A stretch of 64,000 bases of DNA, taken from IMG/VR virus record IMGVR_UViG_3300023184_000033, positions 1-64,000 of that record; one strand, given 5' to 3'. Under the pieces are notes generated by a model. It saw nothing but the letters and a program-made list of their open reading frames with translations, did not search any database and was not told the DNA's origin. Positions 40,940-49,139 of this stretch are shown here, piece after piece; the stretch's first letter is position 1; each line of letters starts with the position of its first letter. The stretch is from a virus. The position numbers and the translations under genes are program-made.

Positions 40940-41710
40940 ATGGATCCATTAACATTATTTGCTTTAGCCAATGGAGCTGTATCCGCAGTTAAAGCCGGAT
41001 GTAAACTTTACAAGGATATTAAAGGTGCTGCAGGTGATGTAAGAGATGTGTTAAAGGATCTTGATGACCAATTTCATAAATTATATCCATCGGGCGCTAC
41101 TACATCACAGCGTAACGCTTACGTAACTGAAAAGAATCGTGTTATAGAGCTTAACAAAAAAGGTGGAGATACTGCGGGTATCTATACTGAAATTGGAAAT
41201 CATCTAGGTACGTACTATGATAACTTAAACAAGTGTATAGCCGTCTTTGAAGAAGAAGAACGTAAAAGCAAAAAAGAATTATATGAAGGTGATGACAGTT
41301 TAGGTAAACGTGCGCTGCAGCGTGTTCTAATGAAAAAACAATTAGAACAAATGGGAGTTGAATTACGTGAATTGATGATATATCAGAGTCCACCTGAGTT
41401 GGGTGCTTTGTATACTGAAGTAGAAGAGATGATGAAAGAGATGGGTAAAGAACAAAAAGTTCTTTTGGTAAATAAAATAAGGCGAGAAGAAGTGCAAGCA
41501 AAAAGAAGAGCTGCACGTATGAGACAATTAAAACAAGAGGCTATAATAGGAATTGTAATTTTAATTATTGTTTTTGTTTTTGGATTCACTATGATGTGGG
41601 TTGCACATGATAGACAACAAAAATATCCTCAATACGGCAATGAACTATTTCCGAAGAATGAAGAAACCCGCCGTAGAGAATCCGAAACACAAATATACAT
41701 TGGCCGTTAA
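40940..41710 (+). CDS. coiled-coil membrane protein
   Basis: MDPLTL start, C-terminal TM. Confidence 0.65.
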   Translation: MDPLTLFALANGAVSAVKAGCKLYKDIKGAAGDVRDVLKDLDDQFHKLYPSGATTSQRNAYVTEKNRVIELNKKGGDTAGIYTEIGNHLGTYYDNLNKCIAVFEEEERKSKKELYEGDDSLGKRALQRVLMKKQLEQMGVELRELMIYQSPPELGALYTEVEEMMKEMGKEQKVLLVNKIRREEVQAKRRAARMRQLKQEAIIGIVILIIVFVFGFTMMWVAHDRQQKYPQYGNELFPKNEETRRRESETQIYIGR

Positions 41711-41745
41711 TGATTACGACATAAATAATAGAAAAGGAGATAATT

Positions 41746-41862
41746 ATGTTAGATATTTTACTTTGGGTAGCAGTAGGGGCATTTATTGGTTGGAATTTAC
41801 CTCAACCATTTTGGGCTAAAATGATGCAAGAAAAAATACAAGCAATGATAGCAAAGAAATAA
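41746..41862 (+). CDS. small membrane protein (MLDILLWVAVGAFIGWNLPQPFWAK...)
   Basis: AAGGAG RBS; CATAAATA upstream. Confidence 0.6.
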   Translation: MLDILLWVAVGAFIGWNLPQPFWAKMMQEKIQAMIAKK

Positions 41863-42041
41863 TGTCATACTCGCAACAGGTTATTGACCATTATGAAAAC
41901 CCCAGAAATGTGGGTAGTTTTGCTAATGGTGATAATACCGTTGGTACTGGCATGGTTGGTGCACCTGCTTGCGGTGATGTTATGAAGCTTCAAATTAAAG
42001 CAGCTATCCACGACTATCAATTAAAGTGTTTATGCTCATGA
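41862..42041 (+). pseudogene. iscU: internally deleted IscU Fe-S scaffold (59 aa)
   Basis: MSYSQQVIDHYENPRNVGSF...[14 protein letters not shown] fused directly to C-terminal AAIHDY. Confidence 0.85.
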
Positions 42042-42349
42042 TTAATGTAACAGAAGCCGCAAAGAAACAACTTGATGAAATCCTTATGGATGATGTATCA
42101 ATGAAATATGTAAGAGCATTTATCTCTGGTGGTGGGTGTTCTGGTTTTAACTATGGATTTACACTCGAAGCCGATAAAGAAGAAGATGACTTTGTTATTG
42201 ACAATCTTTTAGTTGATGCTTTAAGTATGCAGTATTTTGATACTGCTACTATTGATTTCACCAGTGATAAACTAAAAGGTTCACAGTTTGTCATATCAAA
42301 CCCTAATGCAAAATCGACTTGCGGTTGTGGTAGTTCATTTAGTGTATGA
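42038..42349 (+). CDS. A-type Fe-S carrier (IscA/ErpA/HesB family)
   Basis: [22 protein letters not shown]. Confidence 0.92.
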   Translation: MINVTEAAKKQLDEILMDDVSMKYVRAFISGGGCSGFNYGFTLEADKEEDDFVIDNLLVDALSMQYFDTATIDFTSDKLKGSQFVISNPNAKSTCGCGSSFSV

Positions 42350-43104
42350 AATACCGCACAATATTCATAAGTGATGTTCACTTAGGAACTAACGATTGCC
42401 AAGCAGCCAAGTTAAACAACTTTCTCAAACACAACACCTGTGAAACCTTATATCTTGTGGGTGATATCATTGATGCTTGGAAAATTCAACAGAACAAATG
42501 GCGTTGGAAACAATCTCATACTAATGTAGTTCGTAGAATTCTCGGTCACGCCAAGCGTGGCACCAAAGTTGTTTATGTTGCGGGAAATCATGATGAGTTT
42601 TTGAGGCCTATGATACCATACGATTTTAGTTTTGGTTTGATTGAAATTAAGAATCAAACAGAACATATTGGTGCCGATGGTAAACATTATCTAGTTGTTC
42701 ATGGAGACTTGTTCGATGGCATTACTAGACTTGCGCCATGGATATCATTCTTAGGAGACAAAGCATATGACTTTGTACTATCACTAAATGCTAAATTTAA
42801 TTGGGTTCGACACAAGTTTGGATTTGGTTATTGGTCATTAAGCCAGTATCTTAAATATAGAGTAAAGAAAGCTGTAGACTTTGTGTTTAAGTTTGAAGAG
42901 AATCTAGCCAACTACTGTAAGAAGCGTGGCTTTGATGGTGTTATATGTGGACACATACATCACGCAGAGATAAAAGAAATCAACGGTGTTACATATATGA
43001 ATGATGGTGATTGGGTTGAGAGTTGTACAGCATTGGTAGAACATCATGATGGCCATTGGGAAATTGTAACATGGACTCAGGAGAACGACAATCATGTTGA
43101 GTGA
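42346..43104 (+). CDS. UDP-2,3-diacylglucosamine hydrolase-like metallophosphoesterase
   Basis: SDVHLG, GDIID, GNHD, HGD, GHIH, NDGDWVE. Confidence 0.85.
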   Translation: MKYRTIFISDVHLGTNDCQAAKLNNFLKHNTCETLYLVGDIIDAWKIQQNKWRWKQSHTNVVRRILGHAKRGTKVVYVAGNHDEFLRPMIPYDFSFGLIEIKNQTEHIGADGKHYLVVHGDLFDGITRLAPWISFLGDKAYDFVLSLNAKFNWVRHKFGFGYWSLSQYLKYRVKKAVDFVFKFEENLANYCKKRGFDGVICGHIHHAEIKEINGVTYMNDGDWVESCTALVEHHDGHWEIVTWTQENDNHVE

Positions 43105-43801
43105 TAAAATTACTATCGTAGTACCTTGTAAAAATGAAGAAAATTATATTCATCATTTATTGGAACACTTGAAGAATCAAAACATCGGCAATACAAGAGT
43201 AATTATTGCTGATTGTTCCACCGATAATACTAGACAAGTCATAAAGAATAATAGTTCTACAATGAATGTTGAAATTATTGATGGTGGTCCAGTTTCTATT
43301 GCCAAAAACAATGGCGCCAGATTAGTAACCACTCCATACATATTATTCATAGATGCAGATGTTCGTTTCTTTAAACAGAATGTGATTCATGATGCAGTCA
43401 ATACAATTGAATCTAAGAACTTAGACCTTATTGGTTTAAACATCAAGTGTTATGATAATGACAAACGTGCATCTATTGGATTTGCGTTATTTAATGTCAT
43501 GAACCATATTCTAAAATTCTTTTCTCCGTTTGCAGTTGGTGCATTTATGTTAACACGTAGAGATAAGTTTGAAGAATATGGTGGATTCCCCGAAAAGTTT
43601 TCAACATCTGAAGACTACTTCTTATCAAGAATGTATAGTCCTAAAAAGTTTAGAATCATCAATCACCATTTTGGCCAAGATTCACGTAGACTCAAAAAGA
43701 TGGGTTACTTTGGCATGACTGCATACCTAATTAAGAACTTTATCAAGCGTAACGACAAAGCGTATTGGGACAAGCTCGATCCAACCAAATATTGGAACTA
43801 A
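43094..43801 (+). CDS. glycosyltransferase family 2
   Basis: IVVPCKNEE, STDNT, FIDAD. Confidence 0.85.
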   Translation: MLSDKITIVVPCKNEENYIHHLLEHLKNQNIGNTRVIIADCSTDNTRQVIKNNSSTMNVEIIDGGPVSIAKNNGARLVTTPYILFIDADVRFFKQNVIHDAVNTIESKNLDLIGLNIKCYDNDKRASIGFALFNVMNHILKFFSPFAVGAFMLTRRDKFEEYGGFPEKFSTSEDYFLSRMYSPKKFRIINHHFGQDSRRLKKMGYFGMTAYLIKNFIKRNDKAYWDKLDPTKYWN

Positions 43802-43823
43802 AATAACCCATGGAGATTTTTGA

Positions 43824-44513
43824 TTGTTACGTTTACTATTATCTTTATCTTTGGTACTTTCCGTACTTTGCAATCCATTATATGTCTCAGCAAAAGAAAT
43901 AACTGCTGAGAGCTGGTTAATATCAGACAATGGAAATGTTACATCAAGTAAAAACTCAAATCAAGTAAGGTCTATTGCCAGTATAACCAAGTTGATTACT
44001 GTAATGGTCTTCTTGGATATGAATCCTTATCCTTCTGAGAAACACAGAGAGCTTATAAGAAGAAGCTTAATATCTTCAGATAATACAGCAGCTAAAACCT
44101 TATGTAATGATTTTACAGGGGGACATAGAGATTGTATCTTTATGATGAACCTAAAGGCAAGCCAGCTAGGGCTCAAAAATACCAGATTTCTTGAACCAAC
44201 CGGACTATCGATGTTCAACGTCAGTACTGCGGAAGAATTAGTTAAGATTGTGGAAGAAGCGAGTAAGTATCCTCTGATTGTGGAATCGAGCAATACAAAG
44301 AGCTTAAAGATAAAGAAACACGTTTATACTAACACAAATCCGCACGTTAACATGTACAATGTTATGGTGAGTAAAACAGGTTACATTAGAATGTCTGGTG
44401 GTTGTATTGTAATGATGATTAAGACGGCAGAAGGTCTTAAAACTGCCATATTGCTTGGCAGCAAGAATACACATACACGTATTCAAGAAATTGATAGACT
44501 GTTAAAGTCTTAA
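43824..44513 (+). CDS. peptidase S11 D-Ala-D-Ala carboxy/endopeptidase (PBP-like)
   Basis: SITK, SDN, KTG motifs; signal peptide. Confidence 0.85.
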   Translation: MLRLLLSLSLVLSVLCNPLYVSAKEITAESWLISDNGNVTSSKNSNQVRSIASITKLITVMVFLDMNPYPSEKHRELIRRSLISSDNTAAKTLCNDFTGGHRDCIFMMNLKASQLGLKNTRFLEPTGLSMFNVSTAEELVKIVEEASKYPLIVESSNTKSLKIKKHVYTNTNPHVNMYNVMVSKTGYIRMSGGCIVMMIKTAEGLKTAILLGSKNTHTRIQEIDRLLKS

Positions 44514-44587
44514 TGGTTGCAGAGCCTGGAGTCGCACCAAGAACTGAGGATTATGAGTCCTCTGTGATACTGTTTCACCACCCTGCG
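44514..44587 (-). tRNA. tRNA-Met(CAU), initiator-like
   Basis: C1:A72 mismatch, CAT anticodon, encoded CCA. Confidence 0.8.
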
Positions 44588-44594
44588 ATATCAG

Positions 44595-44668
44595 TGGAGC
44601 GGGATGGGAGAATCGAACTCCCGACTTTAGCTTGGAAGGCTAAGGTAATACCATTTTACGAATCCCGC
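44595..44668 (-). tRNA. tRNA-Gly(UCC)
   Basis: cloverleaf, loop CTTCCAA, CCA. Confidence 0.9.
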
Positions 44669-44675
44669 AAAAAAC

Positions 44676-44740
44676 TGGAGCGGCCGCTACGATTCTCACG
44701 TAGACATTAGGTGGACCCCAATGTTGTTGAAAACGACCGC
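44676..44740 (-). ncRNA. D-armless tRNA-like RNA with Gly-type acceptor (GCGG...CCGC-UCCA)
   Basis: 7-bp acceptor stem, T-arm, one long hairpin, no D-arm. Confidence 0.6.
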
Positions 44741-44747
44741 ATAAACT

Positions 44748-44822
44748 TGGAGCGGGCAGAGAGAATCGAACTCTCAACTAAACCTTGGCAAGGTCTTGTG
44801 TTACCACTAGCACCATGCCCGC
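44748..44822 (-). tRNA. tRNA-Gly(GCC)
   Basis: cloverleaf, GCC anticodon, CCA. Confidence 0.9.
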
Positions 44823-44833
44823 ATCTAAATTAG

Positions 44834-44862
44834 ATTGTATCTTATATATGCTTGTTTGTCAA
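44834..44862 (-). promoter_or_regulatory. sigma70-type promoter TTGACA-17-TACAAT
   Basis: upstream of Gly/Gly/fMet tRNAs. Confidence 0.65.
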
Positions 44863-44880
44863 GCGTTTCCGTGGTATACT

Positions 44881-44955
44881 TGGTGGGCCAACTTGGAATT
44901 GAACCAAGACTCAACCGATTATGAGTCGGACGCTTTACCATTAAGCTATTGGCCC
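44881..44955 (-). tRNA. tRNA(CAU), probably Ile2
   Basis: GGGCC acceptor, CCGA-CUCAUAA-UCGG arm. Confidence 0.75.
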
Positions 44956-45136
44956 ATAAATTTAACGTTTAGAATTTTCTCTTTCTATTCGTTCAAATTC
45001 TGCATTTTCATTCTCAGAATCCTGAACTTGTTTTGGATCAGGTTTCCGAAAAATTGCATCGTAATTGTTTGCAAAAGTTTTCTGGTCCACACTAAATGGT
45101 CTTGGACTACTTCCTTTACCACCATCACTCATTTTG

Positions 45137-45385
45137 TTACTCTCCGTAAATAAAAACTATATCATCAATTGAGATGACATAACAATCGTTTAATGTTTTA
45201 GTTGCTGCATTCCAGTTTAAAAGAACTACGTCATCAACGGCAACTGCATCGACTTCAGAACCAATAGCAATTACTTTTGCTTTATCGGCTTCTTCTGAAC
45301 GTGTGAGAATAATTCCTCCAGAAGTGGTCTTATTATTCTCTAAACGTTCAACGATTACTTTTTTTCCTAATGGTTTTAAATTCAT
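45137..45385 (-). CDS. GroES-like co-chaperonin
   Basis: LKPLG.KVIV...TSGGIIL...VIAIG. Confidence 0.85.
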   Translation of the reverse strand: MNLKPLGKKVIVERLENNKTTSGGIILTRSEEADKAKVIAIGSEVDAVAVDDVVLLNWNAATKTLNDCYVISIDDIVFIYGE

Positions 45386-45421
45386 AATATCCTCAAAATG
45401 TTTATATGTCTTTTATATAGT

Positions 45422-45508
45422 TGGTGCGACTGGCCGGAATCGAACCGGCATGCCCTTGCGAGCGAGAGATTTTAAGTCTCTTGTGTCTACCTATTTCACC
45501 ACAGTCGC
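45422..45508 (-). tRNA. tRNA-Leu(UAA)
   Basis: long variable arm, loop CTTAAAA. Confidence 0.9.
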
Positions 45509-45510
45509 TT

Positions 45511-46074
45511 CTACATTGTTGGTCCGTTGCCGTTCCTAAATCCAACTTCACCGCCTTCAGCGGTAATTCTTTTAATAACATCTTCAAAAAGAATTGGTGT
45601 AAAATCTGTTTGTTCAACACAAACACAATGATATCTAGTATCAATTTCATTGCCATTCATTACACGACCTGTATGCAGGTGTCCGTGGATGTTAACTCCA
45701 AATCGGCCAAGACTATCACTATGAATAGGAATATGTGAAAGAATCATTCCGTTCATTACATGATAAGCACGTAGTTCACGAAAATATTTCCGATATTCAT
45801 CATCACGAAAAATGTCATGGTTGCCTCGAATGAGAACTTTATCACCGTTAAGTCTACTCATAATAGGAAGAGCTTTGCGGTTGATAACTACATCACCAAG
45901 ATGATATACTTTATCGTTTGGCCGAACAGTTTCGTTCCAACGTTTAACCATTTCTTCATCCATTTCATCTGGATTGGTCCATGGTCTAATCTTTTCGTTT
46001 GTTTTAGAGTCGGTGAATCTACATACTCCAGCATGACCAAAGTGTGTGTCACTTACAAGAAATACTGCTGGCAT
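45511..46074 (-). CDS. calcineurin-like metallophosphoesterase
   Basis: SDTHFGH, LGD, GNHD, HGHLH. Confidence 0.9.
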   Translation of the reverse strand: MPAVFLVSDTHFGHAGVCRFTDSKTNEKIRPWTNPDEMDEEMVKRWNETVRPNDKVYHLGDVVINRKALPIMSRLNGDKVLIRGNHDIFRDDEYRKYFRELRAYHVMNGMILSHIPIHSDSLGRFGVNIHGHLHTGRVMNGNEIDTRYHCVCVEQTDFTPILFEDVIKRITAEGGEVGFRNGNGPTM

Positions 46075-46090
46075 ATAAAATCCTTTAAAA

Positions 46091-46165
46091 TGGTCCGGCC
46101 TACAGGAATCGAACCCATATTCACGGTGTAGAAGACCGCTGTATTATCCATTATACTAAGGCCGG
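46091..46165 (-). tRNA. tRNA-Arg(UCU)
   Basis: loop CTTCTAC, CCA. Confidence 0.85.
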
Positions 46166-46170
46166 TTGTT

Positions 46171-46247
46171 TGGTGCCCCAGAGGAGACTCGAACTCCTAA
46201 AATCTTGCTTCTAAGGCAAGCACGTATACCAATTCCGTCACCGGGGC
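46171..46247 (-). tRNA. tRNA-Leu(UAG), short variable loop
   Basis: loop CTTAGAA, CCA. Confidence 0.85.
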
Positions 46248-46446
46248 AATTTGGAATAAATTGTAATTATCTTGTAATTTTTCTTATCAATAATATTAAA
46301 TAATATTTTAATCCACGAAAAGGAAAAAAATCAAAGTTCATATTTGGCCACATTTCAATATGACCAACTTCATTTGGTATTCCACCATATGCTTTGTCTA
46401 GTGTTTCTTTAGTAGTATTTTTCATTTCTTAATCTTTCAATAATAT

Positions 46447-46525
46447 TGGTACCCTCGCTCAGATTCGAACTGAGAGAACTCTTCTTTTTGAGAGAAGCGA
46501 CTTTACCAGATTTGTCCACGGGGGC
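46447..46525 (-). tRNA. tRNA-Leu(CAA), short variable loop
   Basis: loop CTCAAAA, CCA. Confidence 0.85.
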
Positions 46526-46529
46526 AATT

Positions 46530-46605
46530 TGGTGCAACCTAGAGGAATCGAACCTCTTTCAATGGCTCTTCAGACCACCGCTATGACCACATCAGCTAAG
46601 GTTGC
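46530..46605 (-). tRNA. tRNA-Phe(GAA)
   Basis: loop CTGAAGA, CCA. Confidence 0.85.
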
Positions 46606-46612
46606 ATATTCA

Positions 46613-46686
46613 TGGTACCTCGTTGGAGAATCGAACTCCCGTATGCACCGTGTAAGGATGCCGTTCTACCATTAAACTACCGAGGC
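46613..46686 (-). tRNA. tRNA-Val(UAC)
   Basis: loop CTTACAC, CCA. Confidence 0.85.
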
Positions 46687-46696
46687 AAATTTACTT

Positions 46697-46770
46697 TGGG
46701 GTGACTAATGGGAGTTGAACCCATACGATCAGAATCACAATCTGAGATGCTACCGCTACATCATAGTCAC
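46697..46770 (-). tRNA. tRNA-His(GUG)
   Basis: GTG anticodon, C73, CCA. Confidence 0.8.
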
Positions 46771-46799
46771 ACCAAAGTAAACTTAATTACTTTGGGATT

Positions 46800-47297
46800 T
46801 TAAACTCCTACCAACTCTTGTTCAGCAAGAATACGTTTCAATCTATCTGCACAGAACGAAGCTGCAGGTGCATCTGGTTTAACCATTGGTGTCACATTAC
46901 ATGTACCTTTGATATAACCAATTGCTTGTTGTACAACACAAGAACTTCCGTGTTCTTCTGACTTGTTAAGGTCTAGATGAACTTCTACATGAAAGTCTTC
47001 TAATGTTTCTGCAAGAGATTGGAATAATTCTGAAACTTTATAAACTTCATTCATAAGCCTCATTGCAGGTTTACTTTTCTTATGGTCATAATCTAATTCA
47101 CGGTCAACAAAACCGAAAATCTTACAACCATGGCGGCCATCAATATGAACAACAACAGCTAAAGCATAGTCGGCATACCACACACCATCCACTCTAACTC
47201 TTTCTGAGTCAGCACCAAGATACACTTTAGTATCTGGTCCTTGATTAGCGAGAAATGACCTAACTTCTTCTATATCGAACTTTCTCATATTGACCAC
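46800..47297 (-). CDS. YkuK/DUF458 RNase H-like protein
   Basis: LGADS, RL..E, EVHLD, KPDA.AAS..AD. Confidence 0.8.
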   Translation of the reverse strand: MVNMRKFDIEEVRSFLANQGPDTKVYLGADSERVRVDGVWYADYALAVVVHIDGRHGCKIFGFVDRELDYDHKKSKPAMRLMNEVYKVSELFQSLAETLEDFHVEVHLDLNKSEEHGSSCVVQQAIGYIKGTCNVTPMVKPDAPAASFCADRLKRILAEQELVGV

Positions 47298-47311
47298 CTT
47301 TTTTTAAAACT

Positions 47312-47385
47312 TGGCATCCCGCTAGGGACTCGAACCCCAACCAACGGTTTTGGAGACCGCTATGCTGCCATTACACCAGCGAGAT
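47312..47385 (-). tRNA. tRNA-Trp(CCA)
   Basis: loop CTCCAAA, CCA. Confidence 0.85.
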
Positions 47386-47391
47386 ATATAT

Positions 47392-47465
47392 TGGTTCTCT
47401 GTAGAAGAATCGAACTTCTGTCTATCGGTTATCAGCCGATTGCTCTACCATTGAGCTAACGGAGA
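47392..47465 (-). tRNA. tRNA-Ile(GAU)
   Basis: loop CTGATAA, CCA. Confidence 0.85.
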
Positions 47466-47468
47466 AAA

Positions 47469-47733
47469 ATGCTCTGCGAACCTCGGCGGTAATTGTAGTG
47501 CATCAGCTCTTCTCCTTTGTATCAGAGTCACATCTCACGCACCTTCCACCCGCTTCCCGACAGGTTCCGTTCTCGTATTGCCAACGCCAGTTCGGTTTAA
47601 CTGCTACATTTGACTGTAGGGACAGATTCTTTCACCAATGTTACTAAAGGTGAACCCTTGTCCGAACCACCCGTGATTAATTATTTCACTTCTCATCCTG
47701 CGGGTCACAGTAGCCACTATCACATGGCACGGT
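47469..47733 (-). ncRNA. unidentified ~265-nt multi-stem structured RNA
   Basis: GC-rich, ORF-free, many nested complementary segments between two tRNAs. Confidence 0.6.
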
Positions 47734-47734
47734 C

Positions 47735-47810
47735 TGGAGGGTCATAGAGGACTCAAACCCCTAACTCAAACTTCGTAGGATTGTGTGATATTCAGTTTCA
47801 CCAACGACCC
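47735..47810 (-). tRNA. tRNA-Arg(ACG), slightly degenerate
   Basis: loop CTACGAA; T-loop TTT instead of TTC. Confidence 0.7.
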
Positions 47811-48215
47811 AAATAATTTTCCTGCATGATGTTTTCTGTGACAATTTGCACACAAACAAGCACACTTATTAATTTCTTCAACAATTTGTTTTTTACTTGC
47901 TTCCGATTTATTAGAGATATTAAAATCTTTTTCATTACTGTTCATATGATGAAAATCTAAACAAGAAGTTTCAGACTCACCACATATACAACAACTTAAT
48001 GTTTCTTTTAATTTAAAAAACCATTCTTTATTTTCTTTTTTATATTTTTTTGCTCTTGTTAAATTTGTTGAATGGTGTTTGTAATAAGATTCTTTACTTT
48101 TTACCTTACGACATTCATCACAAAATGTTACTCTTTTTCCTTTTTCCTTGTTTTTAAAGGCAAACTTCTCTATTGGAAATTCTACCTCACAACAATTACA
48201 TTTTTTCTTTTCCAT
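47766..48215 (-). CDS. HNH endonuclease with zinc-finger N-terminus
   Basis: CNCC..CDEC; CCICG...LDFHH...LCANCHRKHH. Confidence 0.85.
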   Translation of the reverse strand: MEKKKCNCCEVEFPIEKFAFKNKEKGKRVTFCDECRKVKSKESYYKHHSTNLTRAKKYKKENKEWFFKLKETLSCCICGESETSCLDFHHMNSNEKDFNISNKSEASKKQIVEEINKCACLCANCHRKHHAGKLFGSLVKLNITQSYEV

Positions 48216-48236
48216 ATATTCTCCTAGATATAAACT

Positions 48237-48244
48237 TATTTATA
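48237..48244 (-). promoter_or_regulatory. T4-type late promoter TATAAATA for the HNH gene
   Basis: exact consensus upstream of AGGAG RBS. Confidence 0.7.
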
Positions 48245-48262
48245 AAGTTCGTATCTTTGATA

Positions 48263-48338
48263 TGGTAGTGACGGAGGGAACCGAGCCCCCAACCTTTTCC
48301 GTATGAAGGAACTGCTCTGCCGGTTGAGCTACGTCACT
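48263..48338 (-). tRNA. tRNA-Met(CAU), elongator-like
   Basis: loop TTCATAC; atypical T-loop. Confidence 0.75.
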
Positions 48339-48363
48339 ATAATCGACTATAATCGACTATAAT

Positions 48364-48437
48364 TGGTGGAGGATGGGAGAATCGAACTCCCGTAAACAGC
48401 TTGCAAAGCTGCCGTAATCCCATTATACTAATCCCCC
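48364..48437 (-). tRNA. tRNA-Ala(UGC)
   Basis: G3:U70, TGC anticodon. Confidence 0.9.
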
Positions 48438-48443
48438 ATAACT

Positions 48444-48517
48444 TGGTCTCGGTAGAAGGAATCGAACCTTCGTCACGTGGTCCCAAACCACGAATTCTGC
48501 CATTAAACTACACCGAG
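48444..48517 (-). tRNA. tRNA-Pro(UGG)
   Basis: loop TTTGGGA. Confidence 0.9.
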
Positions 48518-48523
48518 AAAAAC

Positions 48524-48594
48524 TGGCTCCAGTGGAAGGAATCGAACCTTCATTGGTTGTATACGGACCATGTTACCATTACATTACAACTGGA
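48524..48594 (-). ncRNA. tRNA-like RNA with aberrant anticodon arm
   Basis: acceptor TCCAGT/ACTGGA-GCCA, canonical T-arm, no 5-bp/7-nt anticodon arm. Confidence 0.55.
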
Positions 48595-48601
48595 ATAAAC
48601 T

Positions 48602-48676
48602 TGGTGCCCCAGGAGAGAATCGAACTCCCACACCCGGATTACAAAACCGGACCTCTACCACTAAGGATACAAGGGC
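48602..48676 (-). tRNA. tRNA-Thr(UGU)
   Basis: loop TTTGTAA. Confidence 0.9.
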
Positions 48677-48681
48677 TATAT

Positions 48682-48760
48682 TGGCTCCGCATTAGAGAAT
48701 CGAACTCTACTAACCAGTGATTAACAGTCACGCCCATGCACCTTGCTCGGGTTCTGCGGA
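48682..48760 (-). tRNA. tRNA-Asn(GUU)
   Basis: loop CTGTTAA. Confidence 0.85.
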
Positions 48761-48768
48761 ATAAAACT

Positions 48769-48843
48769 TGGCGGTTCTAAGGGGTAACGATCCCCTTCTT
48801 CAAGCGTGACAGGCTTGTGTGCGTCCATGAACACTTTAGAACC
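48769..48843 (-). tRNA. tRNA-Asp(GUC)
   Basis: loop CTGTCAC. Confidence 0.85.
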
Positions 48844-48849
48844 TAAATT

Positions 48850-48933
48850 TGGTGGATGCGGTTGGATTCGAACCAACGTGTTGTTACAACCGGATTTACA
48901 GTCCGGCACCTTCGGCCTCTCGGTCACACATCC
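48850..48933 (-). tRNA. tRNA-Tyr(GUA)
   Basis: loop CTGTAAA, long variable arm. Confidence 0.9.
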
Positions 48934-48939
48934 AATTTT

Positions 48940-49013
48940 TGGTAGGGGCACAGAGAATTGAACTCTGGTTAATAGGTTAAAAGCCTACTACTTTACCACT
49001 AAGTTATACCCCC
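48940..49013 (-). tRNA. tRNA-Lys(UUU)
   Basis: loop CTTTTAA. Confidence 0.9.
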
Positions 49014-49138
49014 ATCATTTGTTTTGCTGACGCACTATTTGCTATGCTCAACGGATTCATTTGCAAATTTACCGTTTCTGTACATAGTTACTTAGAGTTG
49101 ACGTTTACTCAATGGCTTACATCAACAAAACAAATGAT
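49014..49138 (-). ncRNA. inverted-repeat-closed structured RNA
   Basis: 19-bp terminal stem whose two mismatches are G:U only on the minus strand. Confidence 0.55.
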
Positions 49139-49139
49139 A

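Noticed and set aside
47469-47733. RNase P RNA, tmRNA or group I intron
   Set aside because: No GAGGAAAGUCC/P4, no tRNA-Ala-like ends or tag ORF, no recognisable P7 core or split exon.
48336-48363. Tandem ACTATAATCG repeats
   Set aside because: Simple ~10-bp slippage duplication without spacers; not CRISPR.
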